The notes beneath the pieces are model-generated. The model was not told the DNA's origin, did not search any database, and worked only from the letters and a program-made list of their open reading frames with translations. This document shows positions 38,339 to 47,601 of a stretch of 64,000 bases of DNA, one piece after another. Location: the IMG/VR virus record IMGVR_UViG_3300027704_000015, positions 1-64,000 of that record; one strand, given 5' to 3'. The first letter of the stretch is position 1; each line of letters starts with the position of its first letter. The position numbers and the translations under genes were made by a program. The DNA comes from a virus.

Positions 38339-38681
38339 TGACCCGCATCTAGACAACCGACGTGCCGGGCGCAAACAGCGCCTTCACAACCCTTACAACT
38401 GTGCGGGCTCACTGGAGGTGCAACACGACAATGGTACTTGGTATCGAACTACAACTTCATATTTTCGTTCCTTCTCCGGACCACGACGTATCACTGCTCC
38501 CGAACGCATCATACAAGGCATGGAATCGTTGAGCATACCCGTAGTGACCAACGAGTATCATGGACCGGTCTATGCCATGGACACCAACTTCGAGTATATT
38601 GGGCCGGTGATCAATGATTACGTCAACAAAGAGATGTTGAACAAGTCCAAGATGGATCGAAACGCGTCTATGTTAGACTAA
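38331..38681 (+). CDS. Hypothetical phage protein
   Basis: Start revised to MSSDPH, GGAG upstream. Confidence 0.55.
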   Translation: MSSDPHLDNRRAGRKQRLHNPYNCAGSLEVQHDNGTWYRTTTSYFRSFSGPRRITAPERIIQGMESLSIPVVTNEYHGPVYAMDTNFEYIGPVINDYVNKEMLNKSKMDRNASMLD

Positions 38682-38786
38682 TAGTGTATAGAAATCAATG
38701 AGAAAATTCGAGGGGCATTTTGCGCGCGGCGTCGCTTCGCTCTAATCCTTCCCTCGCCCCCTCTCGCCCAACATAACTGTGTGAAT

Positions 38787-38819
38787 AGTTGGTAGTCTGA
38801 GATATTTTTCTTATCTTTA
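38787..38819 (+). promoter_or_regulatory. Bacteroidota-type promoter
   Basis: agTTGgtagtctgagatatttttctTATCTTTA. Confidence 0.8.
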
Positions 38820-39036
38820 TATATAAATAAAAAGGAACAAATTATGAATGAAAGAGACAGGTTACGAGTAGCTAACGATTATATAGTAGGTTACGCAAAT
38901 GGTTTTATTACAGATCAAGAGTGCAGTGAAATGTGTGATCTAATATTAAATGAGTCATCAATTGTTACAGAAGATGATTGGTGTCATTACTCAGGTATGC
39001 CATCACCAGAAGCTTATAAATAATAACCGTGAAAAC

Positions 39037-39069
39037 AGTTGCTAGTCTGAGATATTTTTCTTATCTTTA
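39037..39069 (+). promoter_or_regulatory. Bacteroidota-type promoter
   Basis: agTTGctagtctgagatatttttctTATCTTTA. Confidence 0.8.
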
Positions 39070-39125
39070 GGTATAAATAAAGAGGGAGATACTAGATCGA
39101 GCTCAGTAACAATAAAAATCAAAAA

Positions 39126-39581
39126 ATGTCAAAATCTAAAAAAGCACCAGTTTACCAATACGGAATCGAAATTACTAAACCTCATTCAAAAGCAATGTAC
39201 GAGCATAATGATCAAGTTGCAGAAGAGATGAAGCGTAATATCGCAAGTATTTGGGCTGATGAAATGATTAAGTTCAATAAGACTGATGAGTGGCCTTCGC
39301 AAGGTGATTCTAAAATGCATACAATACAGAGTAGTATATGTGCTACCGGTTTTGGTGACGGGTTTACTATTGATGAAGTTCATACAGACTTTATGTCTAA
39401 CTTGAGTAATATGGCCAACTGGCAATTGCATGAAGAGTACAGTTACATGTCCTTTAGTAATGGTTTAGTTCCAAGAACTAGATTTATGATGGTAGGTTTT
39501 GAATGGCAAAAACATGATTACAGTTTCTGTACAGATAAAGATTTATCACCAGTAGCAGTAGAAAATAAAATGCACGTATAA
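39126..39581 (+). CDS. Hypothetical early protein
   Basis: ORF behind promoter. Confidence 0.55.
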   Translation: MSKSKKAPVYQYGIEITKPHSKAMYEHNDQVAEEMKRNIASIWADEMIKFNKTDEWPSQGDSKMHTIQSSICATGFGDGFTIDEVHTDFMSNLSNMANWQLHEEYSYMSFSNGLVPRTRFMMVGFEWQKHDYSFCTDKDLSPVAVENKMHV

Positions 39582-39582
39582 T

Positions 39583-40080
39583 ATGAAAGATAAATTAAGA
39601 ATTTTTATAGACATGGATGGTGTGTTAGCTGACTTCCAGAAAGCAGCTGACTTAATACCTGACTGGGCACCTGAACATGATAAAAAGCATCCAGATGAGG
39701 TGTTAGACTTTTCAACGTTTGAAGTGATTCCAGGTGCTAAAGAAGCAATAGCTAAATTAATTGATATGGGTCACGATCTATTCATTGCTTCTACCCCACC
39801 TTGGAACAATAAAGCTGCATGGGGTCAGAAAGGTGAGTGGATAGAAGAACACTTCCCAGCACTTAAAAGAAAGGTTTTTCTAACTCACAGAAAAGATCTA
39901 CTGATTGGTGACATCTTGATTGATGATACTGGTTATAGAGGTCAAGCTGACTTTCAAGGTGAGTGGATCCATTTCGGTAAGAGTAAGAGAAAGGTTCTAA
40001 CTGATCAGGGATGGAGAACACGAAATTGGGGAGACTGGAAGAGTGTTATGTTATACTTAAACAAGAAATATGGTATTTAA
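39583..40080 (+). CDS. 5'(3')-deoxyribonucleotidase (NT5C-like HAD)
   Basis: IFIDMDGVLADF, IPGAKEA, K.EWIEEHF, GDILIDD. Confidence 0.9.
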   Translation: MKDKLRIFIDMDGVLADFQKAADLIPDWAPEHDKKHPDEVLDFSTFEVIPGAKEAIAKLIDMGHDLFIASTPPWNNKAAWGQKGEWIEEHFPALKRKVFLTHRKDLLIGDILIDDTGYRGQADFQGEWIHFGKSKRKVLTDQGWRTRNWGDWKSVMLYLNKKYGI

Positions 40081-40165
40081 AAAAACTAGTAAATAATTTG
40101 TTGTTATGAAAAATAATTCGTATATTATAATATGATTGAATTCCTTATATATAAAATAAAAAATT

Positions 40166-40552
40166 ATGGCAAAGAAAAGTAAGTATACTAGACGTAGAGC
40201 GATCGATTGTAAATTAATTGAGAGAAGCAAGAGCAATCCAGGTTACTGCAAGTATATGATTACTATAGCAGAGCTAGATGGTACCATTCATAAGCAGCCA
40301 GCTTACGGTAGAGATATGCAAAGTGCTTTAGCTAGGTTAATGAATAGAGAGTTGACTGTAAAAGTTGAAAGGAAGTTAGAGACTAATACTGGTTTAATAT
40401 TCATAGCCTGGTTACTATTAATGGGGACACCAGCTATAATTTTTGGAGCACAAGATACACCTTGGTACCTGGCACTCACGTTTGGTACTATTATAATGTT
40501 AATGGCAGTAGCTAGTATATGGTATAACTATATAAAGAAAGGTGAAGTATGA
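40166..40552 (+). CDS. Two-TM membrane protein
   Basis: Two C-terminal hydrophobic helices; weak promoter at 40096-40128. Confidence 0.55.
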   Translation: MAKKSKYTRRRAIDCKLIERSKSNPGYCKYMITIAELDGTIHKQPAYGRDMQSALARLMNRELTVKVERKLETNTGLIFIAWLLLMGTPAIIFGAQDTPWYLALTFGTIIMLMAVASIWYNYIKKGEV

Positions 40553-40660
40553 GTAGATTGATATATGACATGTATTATGCTGATGAGATAACTCTAGAGG
40601 TGTGCGAGCGATTGTTAGCTCAACTAAGTAAATCAAAAGAACGTAGACGGTATTATTAAT

Positions 40661-41005
40661 ATGAATTATATAGAAGATCGACCTTGGGGTAAATTTGAGA
40701 TATTAATTGATAGTGATATCTGTAAGGTTAAAAAGATAACAGTTAAACCTGGCGGTAGGTTAAGTTACCAATACCATCACAAGAGGGGTGAGGCCTGGAC
40801 AGTTGTATCAGGTGTAGCTACTATGACTTTAAATGACAACATAAGCATACACGTGTACGGTGAAACTATATTAATACCGCAAGGTACTAAACATAGGGTC
40901 GAGAATAGGGGTACAAATGATCTAATATTTATAGAAGTTCAGCATGGGTCATATTTTGGTGAAGATGATATAATAAGAATAGAAGACGATTATAATAGAG
41001 AATAA
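40661..41005 (+). CDS. Type II mannose-6-phosphate isomerase C-terminal cupin
   Basis: RPWG, LSYQYHHKR.E.W.VVSG, HRVEN, IEVQ.GSYFGEDDIIR. Confidence 0.9.
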   Translation: MNYIEDRPWGKFEILIDSDICKVKKITVKPGGRLSYQYHHKRGEAWTVVSGVATMTLNDNISIHVYGETILIPQGTKHRVENRGTNDLIFIEVQHGSYFGEDDIIRIEDDYNRE

Positions 41006-41006
41006 T

Positions 41007-41249
41007 ATGTATAGAATAATAAGAGAAGTAAACCATTTAACAGATAAAGTACAGTACTTTATTGAGCGTAAGAAAACATTTTTATGGGCATCATCATGGA
41101 CTAGAGAGCTAGGATTAGATGTCAGTCAGAGAGGTACTATAGGAGCTCCGACTTATGATGGAGCAAAATGGAAGTTAGACCGTATCAAGTTAAGAGACGG
41201 TGTTATGATGGAGAAGGAGGTAGTAGTAGACTTAACTGACGTTATATAG
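41007..41249 (+). CDS. Hypothetical phage protein
   Basis: ORF in operon. Confidence 0.5.
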   Translation: MYRIIREVNHLTDKVQYFIERKKTFLWASSWTRELGLDVSQRGTIGAPTYDGAKWKLDRIKLRDGVMMEKEVVVDLTDVI

Positions 41250-41250
41250 A

Positions 41251-41706
41251 ATGGATATAAATTACTATACTAAATACGATAAAGGGTTTCAACTACTATG
41301 TGAACTACAGCCATCAGATAGATATACTCAAGGTATTGAGTTAAAGGATGTAAGGTTACTCAAAGACAATAGAGAACTCTATAGTCAGCCAGGTGTATAT
41401 ATACTTGCTAATAAGCTTGGAGAGGTACTTAAAATAGGTCAGACGAGTAATATGTTCAATAGAATATATACTCAATACAAATGTGTTTCAAATGCTACTA
41501 ATCACAGGATACGAGATCATATTAAGATAGTTGAGCCTCTATTAGTATATGTCTATATGCTACCTAAAAAGAAGACTAGAATACCTTTAGGGCTAAATAA
41601 GTACACAGTGTATACATCTTTTGCAGGAGGGTTTGAGCATGCACTTCTAAAAGAATTTAAAGATAAAACTAAAGCATTACCTAAACTAAATACGATGATA
41701 CGATGA
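41251..41706 (+). CDS. GIY-YIG-like nuclease
   Basis: PGVYI...LKIGQTSNMFNR...E...P.LN. Confidence 0.65.
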   Translation: MDINYYTKYDKGFQLLCELQPSDRYTQGIELKDVRLLKDNRELYSQPGVYILANKLGEVLKIGQTSNMFNRIYTQYKCVSNATNHRIRDHIKIVEPLLVYVYMLPKKKTRIPLGLNKYTVYTSFAGGFEHALLKEFKDKTKALPKLNTMIR

Positions 41707-42257
41707 AACAATTTTCTCAACTCTTTACTATAATAGTTATAACTGTGTTAATGGGTGTATATCTCTCAAGTATATTAGAGGTAGAGCATCAGCAGGAAGA
41801 ACTAACTAACAATCTACATTTAATCGATAGCTTAACCCGCGTCAATGATAGTCTGATACGTACAATCGATACATTACATCGTCAATCAGAAATATGGGAC
41901 TTTGGTATACAAAAGAAAACTAAATTTCTATTAAATGCAATTATTACCATTGAATCTAGTAATAACGACTCTGCATATCATGCTGGAGAAGATGCAGTTG
42001 GTTGCTTACAGATACGACCATGCATGGTTTTAGATGTTAATCGAATATTAAAAAAACAAAATAAAACAATTCAGTACACTTTAACTGATAGATGGAGTAG
42101 AGATAAATCTATTGAGATGTTTCATGTGTATTGTAACTATTATAAACTTACTACACTTGAAGCTATGGCACGTTCTTGGAACGGAGGACCTCGTGGAGCA
42201 GCTAAATCTACTACAGTAGGTTACTGGAAAAAAATACAAAATCAGTTGGAAAGCTGA
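41703..42257 (+). CDS. Membrane-anchored lysozyme-like/lytic transglycosylase
   Basis: AIITIESS, AVGCLQI, ARSWNGGP; N-terminal TM. Confidence 0.8.
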   Translation: MKQFSQLFTIIVITVLMGVYLSSILEVEHQQEELTNNLHLIDSLTRVNDSLIRTIDTLHRQSEIWDFGIQKKTKFLLNAIITIESSNNDSAYHAGEDAVGCLQIRPCMVLDVNRILKKQNKTIQYTLTDRWSRDKSIEMFHVYCNYYKLTTLEAMARSWNGGPRGAAKSTTVGYWKKIQNQLES

Positions 42258-42276
42258 ATAATATTTCTTATATTTA
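42244..42276 (+). promoter_or_regulatory. Bacteroidota-type promoter
   Basis: agTTG-N20-TATATTTA. Confidence 0.7.
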
Positions 42277-42280
42277 ATAT

Positions 42281-43324
42281 ATGATAAACGGAACTAGACT
42301 AGGGTATGCATGCGTCAACGCAGGACTTACCAACCGACCTAAGAAGCTTGGAGGTCGTGTAACGACTTCAAGGACGTTACGTAAATCAACTTGGCAATTA
42401 GATGAGGGTTGGGATTATGAAGCTGTAGGTGTAAAGGCATTAGATAATGCAATCGACTTACTTCATTACCTTAAGTGGAATAAAGAACATAATATTACCT
42501 TATTCCGTATTGGAAGTGAACTTATACCATGGCATGATCATTACGAATTAAAAATGTTACCTCAATTAGATGAGATAAAAGCTGCTTTATTTGAAGCTGG
42601 TGAATACGCTCGTAAACATAATATGAGAGTGACTACTCACCCTGGTCCATTTACTGTATTAGGTTCTCCTACCCCTGCGGTAGTTGATAAATCTATTATA
42701 GGTCTAGAGCGTCATTCTGAGATGTTTGATATGATGGGATTTGAGCCTTCGTTTGATAATAAGATAAATATACATATAGGTGGTGCTTATGGAGATCATG
42801 CTGCTACTGCAGTGCGATGGATAGCAGCTTGGCATAGACTATCAGATGGCTGTAAAAAGCGTTTGGTTGTTGAGAATGATGATAAAGCTAATATGTGGTC
42901 AGTGCAGATGTTATATGATTACTTCCATAAAGAGATTGGCATTCCTATTACATTTGATTACTTCCATCACAAGTTTCATACTAGCGATTTAACAGAAGAG
43001 CAAGCTCTTAAACTAGCAGCTACTACTTGGCCTGATAATGTTCGTCAATGTACCCATTATTCAGAATCTAAACGAGAAGAGGAGCTTAGAGCGTTTAATC
43101 GTATGTGTAAAGCTAATTCGATTAACCCAGATAAGATAGAGGACTGGCCTACTCTACTTGAAATGAAGAAGAAGGTAGATAAGATTAGAGCTACTGCTCA
43201 CGCAGATTATGTTATAGAAGAAATAGATACTTACGGTTTAGATATCGATATAGTATTAGAAGTAAAAGCTAAAGAGTTAGCTCTCTTTGGTTGTAGACAA
43301 GTAAACAAACAATTAATTAAATAA
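42281..43324 (+). CDS. uvsE: UV DNA damage endonuclease
   Basis: RLGYAC, LFRIGS, RVTTHPGPF, RLVVENDD, PITFDYFHH, AHADY, LEVKAKE. Confidence 0.92.
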   Translation: MINGTRLGYACVNAGLTNRPKKLGGRVTTSRTLRKSTWQLDEGWDYEAVGVKALDNAIDLLHYLKWNKEHNITLFRIGSELIPWHDHYELKMLPQLDEIKAALFEAGEYARKHNMRVTTHPGPFTVLGSPTPAVVDKSIIGLERHSEMFDMMGFEPSFDNKINIHIGGAYGDHAATAVRWIAAWHRLSDGCKKRLVVENDDKANMWSVQMLYDYFHKEIGIPITFDYFHHKFHTSDLTEEQALKLAATTWPDNVRQCTHYSESKREEELRAFNRMCKANSINPDKIEDWPTLLEMKKKVDKIRATAHADYVIEEIDTYGLDIDIVLEVKAKELALFGCRQVNKQLIK

Positions 43325-43333
43325 GAGAAGATT

Positions 43334-43537
43334 ATGTATTATGTAACAAAAGTATCGGTACTTCATACCGACCCAAATTCAGGTAAAGAGAAAAAAATGA
43401 CTGAGCAGTATCTAATAGATGCGGTAAGTGTAACTGATGCAGAGGTGATTATAACTAAAGAGTTGAGCTCACAAAGTTTAGACTTTGAAGTAAAATCAGT
43501 AACGGCAAGTAAAATATTATCAGTATTATCCGCATAA
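43334..43537 (+). CDS. DUF4494-like small protein
   Basis: KKMTEQYLIDAVSVTDAE pattern. Confidence 0.6.
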   Translation: MYYVTKVSVLHTDPNSGKEKKMTEQYLIDAVSVTDAEVIITKELSSQSLDFEVKSVTASKILSVLSA

Positions 43538-43538
43538 T

Positions 43539-43571
43539 AGTTGGTAGTCTGAGTTATTTTTCTTATCTTTA
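43539..43571 (+). promoter_or_regulatory. Bacteroidota-type promoter
   Basis: agTTG-N20-TATCTTTA. Confidence 0.8.
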
Positions 43572-43596
43572 TATATAATAATAAAAACGATAAACT

Positions 43597-43827
43597 ATGA
43601 TTTGTGTGAAATGCAATGAAGAAATTCAAGAGGGTAGACTAAAGGCTTTACCTAGTACAAAGACTTGTACTGAATGCTCAACTACTACTGCTTGGTATGT
43701 ACGTAATGTAATAGCTGGTAAAACTGAGTATATGGAGACAGAGATAATTAAAGATCCTAAAGCTATAGCTGTTATTAAAGATATGGATAAGAGGGTAGGT
43801 TGGGGAAGTAACTTAGTAAAAGTATAA
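43597..43827 (+). CDS. DksA/TraR-type C4 zinc-finger protein
   Basis: CVKCNEEI..GRLKALP..KTCTEC. Confidence 0.8.
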   Translation: MICVKCNEEIQEGRLKALPSTKTCTECSTTTAWYVRNVIAGKTEYMETEIIKDPKAIAVIKDMDKRVGWGSNLVKV

Positions 43828-43836
43828 AGAGTAAAT

Positions 43837-45504
43837 ATGAAGATATTAGGATTTCAATCTGGTCACGACGTTTCATACTGTCTTTTAGAAGACGGTATAC
43901 CGGTTATACACGAGGAGTTAGAGCGATTCACGCGTGAAAAGGAACCCCTTGGTGATGGTTTAGAGTTCGCTATTAAGAGACTACCAGAAGATGTATTTAA
44001 CGATGTAGCGTGCTATGTACATGGTAACCCTGGAGGTAGATATGGTAAGTATAAAGAGGTATGTAATAAGTCTGAAGCTGAAGATAAAATGTTATCGCGA
44101 GTGGCTTCAGGAAAAAGTGATAACTTATGCATAGGTCACCACCAATCACATGCTGCTAATGCATTCTTTTCTAGTAATTTTGATAAAGCTATAATTTTTA
44201 CTCTAGATGGTAGTGGTATGGAGAAGAGTATCACAAGAGATTATGTATACGAAAATAAAAAGCCTACCACGTTTAATGGGTTCCAAAACTTCTCATGTGC
44301 ATTTACTGTATGGCTCGGTGAAGGTAATAAGATAACACCTATACGTCGAATAGATTCAGGGTTATTTACAGTAGGATCTTCATGGAAGTACTATACTAAA
44401 GAACTGTTTGGGTTATCTAGTGGTCATCCGCACGGATTTGCCGGTGGTACAGTTATGGCTATGGCAAGTGCTGGTGATGGTAGTAAGTACTATCTTGATT
44501 TTGCAAAAGCATTTATCATGGGTGGTGGAGGTCATAGTGCAGCTGTCAAAGCTAATGTTAAAAAATATTTACCTATAGTTGCAAGGAGTGAACAGGATAG
44601 ATTTGATGTAGCAGCTGCTCTTCAAATGGCTTCAGAGCAGGTTGTATATGAGACTATGGCACCATATGTACAACACTATAAAGAAGCAAACAATATCTGT
44701 CTAGCAGGAGGAGTAGCTTTAAATACAACAATGGTAGGTAAGATGTTCGATTGGTTTCCTAAATCAAATATATTTGTATGCCCAGTGCCTTACGATGGAG
44801 GGTTAAGTATTGGATCAGCTCAGTTTGTGTGGCATCACATATTAGGCAATCCTAGAGTAAAGTGGGATACTCACCCATCACCATTTTTAGGTATGGAGTA
44901 TAGTAAACAAGATATATTAAATCATCTAGAAAAATCATCAGCCGAAGTAGTATTTAAAACAGTTACTGATGATGATGTAATTGAATTACTGGATCAACAA
45001 AATATTATATCTTTATTTCAAGGTGGAGCGGAAAGTGGTCGTAGAGCACTAGGTAATAGAAGTATAGTAGCTGATCCAAGGAGCTCGGATATGAAAGGTA
45101 AAATTAACGAAAAAGTTAAACACCGGCAGTGGTACAGACCATTTGCTCCTGCAATATTAAGAGAAGATGTTAAAGATTGGTTTGAAAAAGATATCGATAG
45201 CCCGTATATGAGTTTTATAGTTAAGTTTAAAGAGAGTGTAGTAGATAAGGTACCAGCAGTAGTGCACCTTAACGGCACAGGTAGGCTTCAGACATTAACT
45301 GAGAAAGGAAATGGTTGGTTTTATAACTTTGTAAAAAAGTGGAAAGCTAAGTCAGGTGTACCTATCTTATTAAATACCAGTTTTAATGATAGAGAGCCTA
45401 TAGTTGAAACGCCAAGTCATGCAATCAATTGCTTTATAGGTACAGATATAGATTACCTTTATTTTAGTGACTGCAAAATACTAGTAGAGAAAAAACATAA
45501 ATAA
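43837..45504 (+). CDS. Carbamoyltransferase (NodU/CmcH/TobZ family)
   Basis: GHD, ERFTREK, HHQSHA, LAGGVALN, GRRALGNRS, VKHRQWYRPFAP, LLNTSFN. Confidence 0.93.
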   Translation: MKILGFQSGHDVSYCLLEDGIPVIHEELERFTREKEPLGDGLEFAIKRLPEDVFNDVACYVHGNPGGRYGKYKEVCNKSEAEDKMLSRVASGKSDNLCIGHHQSHAANAFFSSNFDKAIIFTLDGSGMEKSITRDYVYENKKPTTFNGFQNFSCAFTVWLGEGNKITPIRRIDSGLFTVGSSWKYYTKELFGLSSGHPHGFAGGTVMAMASAGDGSKYYLDFAKAFIMGGGGHSAAVKANVKKYLPIVARSEQDRFDVAAALQMASEQVVYETMAPYVQHYKEANNICLAGGVALNTTMVGKMFDWFPKSNIFVCPVPYDGGLSIGSAQFVWHHILGNPRVKWDTHPSPFLGMEYSKQDILNHLEKSSAEVVFKTVTDDDVIELLDQQNIISLFQGGAESGRRALGNRSIVADPRSSDMKGKINEKVKHRQWYRPFAPAILREDVKDWFEKDIDSPYMSFIVKFKESVVDKVPAVVHLNGTGRLQTLTEKGNGWFYNFVKKWKAKSGVPILLNTSFNDREPIVETPSHAINCFIGTDIDYLYFSDCKILVEKKHK

Positions 45505-45505
45505 T

Positions 45506-45838
45506 ATGAATGAAATAGAAGAAATAGAACAAGATATACAAATGCTTAGATCCGCAATGGAGAATACGTTCCTGATATTAACAGGGAGAGCTACCTGGGA
45601 TAGTTTAATGGATAAAGCATCCATGCAGCCCGGCAGTATTGATCAGCATAATAATGTAGCGTTATTATTTGACCCTATGGCAGATGATTATAATCCAAAA
45701 TTCCCACACCTACATAATGATGTTGATAGTAATGAGTTATTTGACTCAATGATTGAGTATTATGTTGAGAGTGAAGAGTATGAAAAATGCGCAGAAATAT
45801 TAAAAATTAAAGAGAAGAAATATGGCACAACGAGGTAG
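45506..45838 (+). CDS. Protein with C-terminal UVR-like motif
   Basis: MIEYYVESEEYEKCAEILKIKE. Confidence 0.6.
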   Translation: MNEIEEIEQDIQMLRSAMENTFLILTGRATWDSLMDKASMQPGSIDQHNNVALLFDPMADDYNPKFPHLHNDVDSNELFDSMIEYYVESEEYEKCAEILKIKEKKYGTTR

Positions 45839-46028
45839 ACCGAGATCAAAACCGGTAAAAAAATGGAATCCTAGGTATTCAAAAACAGCAGTTAGAGTAG
45901 CGATACAGAATGCATTTATGGATAATCCAGAGGTAGGAATGATGATGAACCAAAATAAGTTTACAAGTACTATACTACAGTCATGTGATACTTGGGCAGT
46001 AAATGATGGACAGACACCACCGGAGTAG
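45822..46028 (+). CDS. Small basic protein
   Basis: N-terminal RGRP (AT-hook-like). Confidence 0.45.
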   Translation: MAQRGRPRSKPVKKWNPRYSKTAVRVAIQNAFMDNPEVGMMMNQNKFTSTILQSCDTWAVNDGQTPPE

Positions 46029-46031
46029 TCT

Positions 46032-46604
46032 ATGAAGATAGCTTTTTGTATACCGGGTCCAAGTTTTTCAGGATGGTTTTTAGAAAACTGGACTGCATTA
46101 ATTAAGTCTCTCCCACCTGAGATAGATTGGAGATTGTTTCGTAATTATAATCCAAACGTTCATGTAGTACGTAATCAAGTATTAGATAGGGCTAAGATGT
46201 TCAGACCAGATTACTATATGTGGATAGATAGTGATATAAATTTTACACCTGACGATTTTTATAAGCTTTTAGATCATAAGAATGTATCAATAGTATCTGG
46301 AGTGTATGTTATGAAAACAGTGCACCCTTATAATGATTTTGCATGTGGCTCGTTAGACGGTGGTACATTAACTCGAGATGATATCAAAGATAAGAAAGAA
46401 TTGATAGAAGTTAAAGCTAACGGGTTAGGTTGGATGTTAGTAAAGGCAGAGGTGTTTGAACAAATGGATCAACCATTTACGCAGGATGAACACGGTACTG
46501 GTGAAGATGCTTTATTTCAACTACGAGCTAAAGAGCTAGGATATATATCTTATATCGATCCGACACTAGTGGTTGGTCATGAAAAAGTGATGATACTTAC
46601 TTAA
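46032..46604 (+). CDS. GT2-like glycosyltransferase
   Basis: RN, YYMWIDSDI (DxD), GLGWMLV, GED, GH. Confidence 0.8.
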   Translation: MKIAFCIPGPSFSGWFLENWTALIKSLPPEIDWRLFRNYNPNVHVVRNQVLDRAKMFRPDYYMWIDSDINFTPDDFYKLLDHKNVSIVSGVYVMKTVHPYNDFACGSLDGGTLTRDDIKDKKELIEVKANGLGWMLVKAEVFEQMDQPFTQDEHGTGEDALFQLRAKELGYISYIDPTLVVGHEKVMILT

Positions 46605-46678
46605 ACTGCTAGCGCAAATACTATCACCATTATTAAAATATAAATTAATGGTGCTATATCGATTTGTTTTGTTTCCAT
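46601..46678 (-). CDS. 25-aa hydrophobic membrane peptide
   Basis: METKQIDIAPLIYILIMVIVFALAV fills the intergenic gap; stop overlaps convergent GT stop. Confidence 0.5.
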   Translation of the reverse strand: METKQIDIAPLIYILIMVIVFALAV

Positions 46679-46711
46679 ATTATTAATAAGTAAATATTTA
46701 TATAAGCAAAC

Positions 46712-46741
46712 ATATTAAGAGAATATTAAGAAATTATTAAA
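46712..46741 (-). promoter_or_regulatory. Three direct repeats with 11-bp period (regulator-binding-site-like)
   Basis: Minus strand TTTAATAA ttt CTTAATAT tct CTTAATAT. Confidence 0.45.
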
Positions 46742-47043
46742 TGTCGAATAACAGTTTTAAAAATTTACAAAACAAACTACTCCAGTTAAAGAAGGAGATA
46801 GAGCCTGATGAGCCTAAGCGTAGAGTTGAAGCATTACGCTATATAGATGTTCTATGCAGTTTAGTTAATGATAGTTATGATCCACTAAGTACAGGTGATT
46901 ATATGTTTATAAAGACGTTAACAGATTCTATACATGAAGTAAAATACTTTGGTGGATTTACAAAAGATTCTAAGGAAAGGTTACGTGTTATAGAAAAACG
47001 ATATAATTATATACATGAAGAAGACAGAACTAACATCGAGTGA
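46741..47043 (+). CDS. Hypothetical phage protein
   Basis: ORF. Confidence 0.5.
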   Translation: MSNNSFKNLQNKLLQLKKEIEPDEPKRRVEALRYIDVLCSLVNDSYDPLSTGDYMFIKTLTDSIHEVKYFGGFTKDSKERLRVIEKRYNYIHEEDRTNIE

Positions 47044-47176
47044 AAAACTAGCTATATGTAGTTCATGTGAGCATTATTGGAAAGCAACAACGCAGTGTGG
47101 TATTTGTAAATGTTTTATGATAATAAAAGTGTTAACATCACTGCCATGTCCTGCTAAACCACCTAGATGGGAGTAA
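47015..47176 (+). CDS. 53-aa Cys-rich metal-binding protein
   Basis: ICSSC...QCGICKCFM...CP...W. Confidence 0.6.
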   Translation: MKKTELTSSEKLAICSSCEHYWKATTQCGICKCFMIIKVLTSLPCPAKPPRWE

Positions 47177-47179
47177 GTA

Positions 47180-47353
47180 ATGAGTAAGTGGCAAGAGGAT
47201 ACATTGTATGAGATTACAATGTCAGTCCAAGCATTAGGGTTAGCAGTTAAGTTTAATAAACAAATAAAAAAGATGCAGACTCAGCCTCATCATAAACATA
47301 AGACTGTATGTGAGAGATACGAATATGCATACAGTAAGATAAAGAACAAGTAG
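47180..47353 (+). CDS. 57-aa hypothetical protein
   Basis: MSKWQEDTLYEI... fills gap on coding strand. Confidence 0.5.
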   Translation: MSKWQEDTLYEITMSVQALGLAVKFNKQIKKMQTQPHHKHKTVCERYEYAYSKIKNK

Positions 47354-47395
47354 AGAAATGGTTATGTGTACTAAGAAACAATTAGGGGAAACCAA

Positions 47396-47584
47396 ATGGG
47401 ACATAAAGTATTTATTAGACATACATACATATATCAATGCAGTGATAAAAATTGCAAAGGTGAATGGAAGATAAATGAAGCCGATAATATAGAAAAATTA
47501 AAATGCCCACACTGTGGTAAACACGACATTGTTGAGTATGTAATACTTGATCAAAGAGAAAAGTACAATCGAAAGTGGGAGTAG
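47396..47584 (+). CDS. Zinc-ribbon protein
   Basis: CSDKNC...CPHCG. Confidence 0.6.
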   Translation: MGHKVFIRHTYIYQCSDKNCKGEWKINEADNIEKLKCPHCGKHDIVEYVILDQREKYNRKWE

Positions 47585-47601
47585 GTTGTTATTAAAAAGT
47601 T

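Noticed and set aside
34213-41706. HNH and GIY-YIG genes as intron-encoded homing endonucleases
   Set aside because: No interrupted host gene or intron core visible; both appear free-standing
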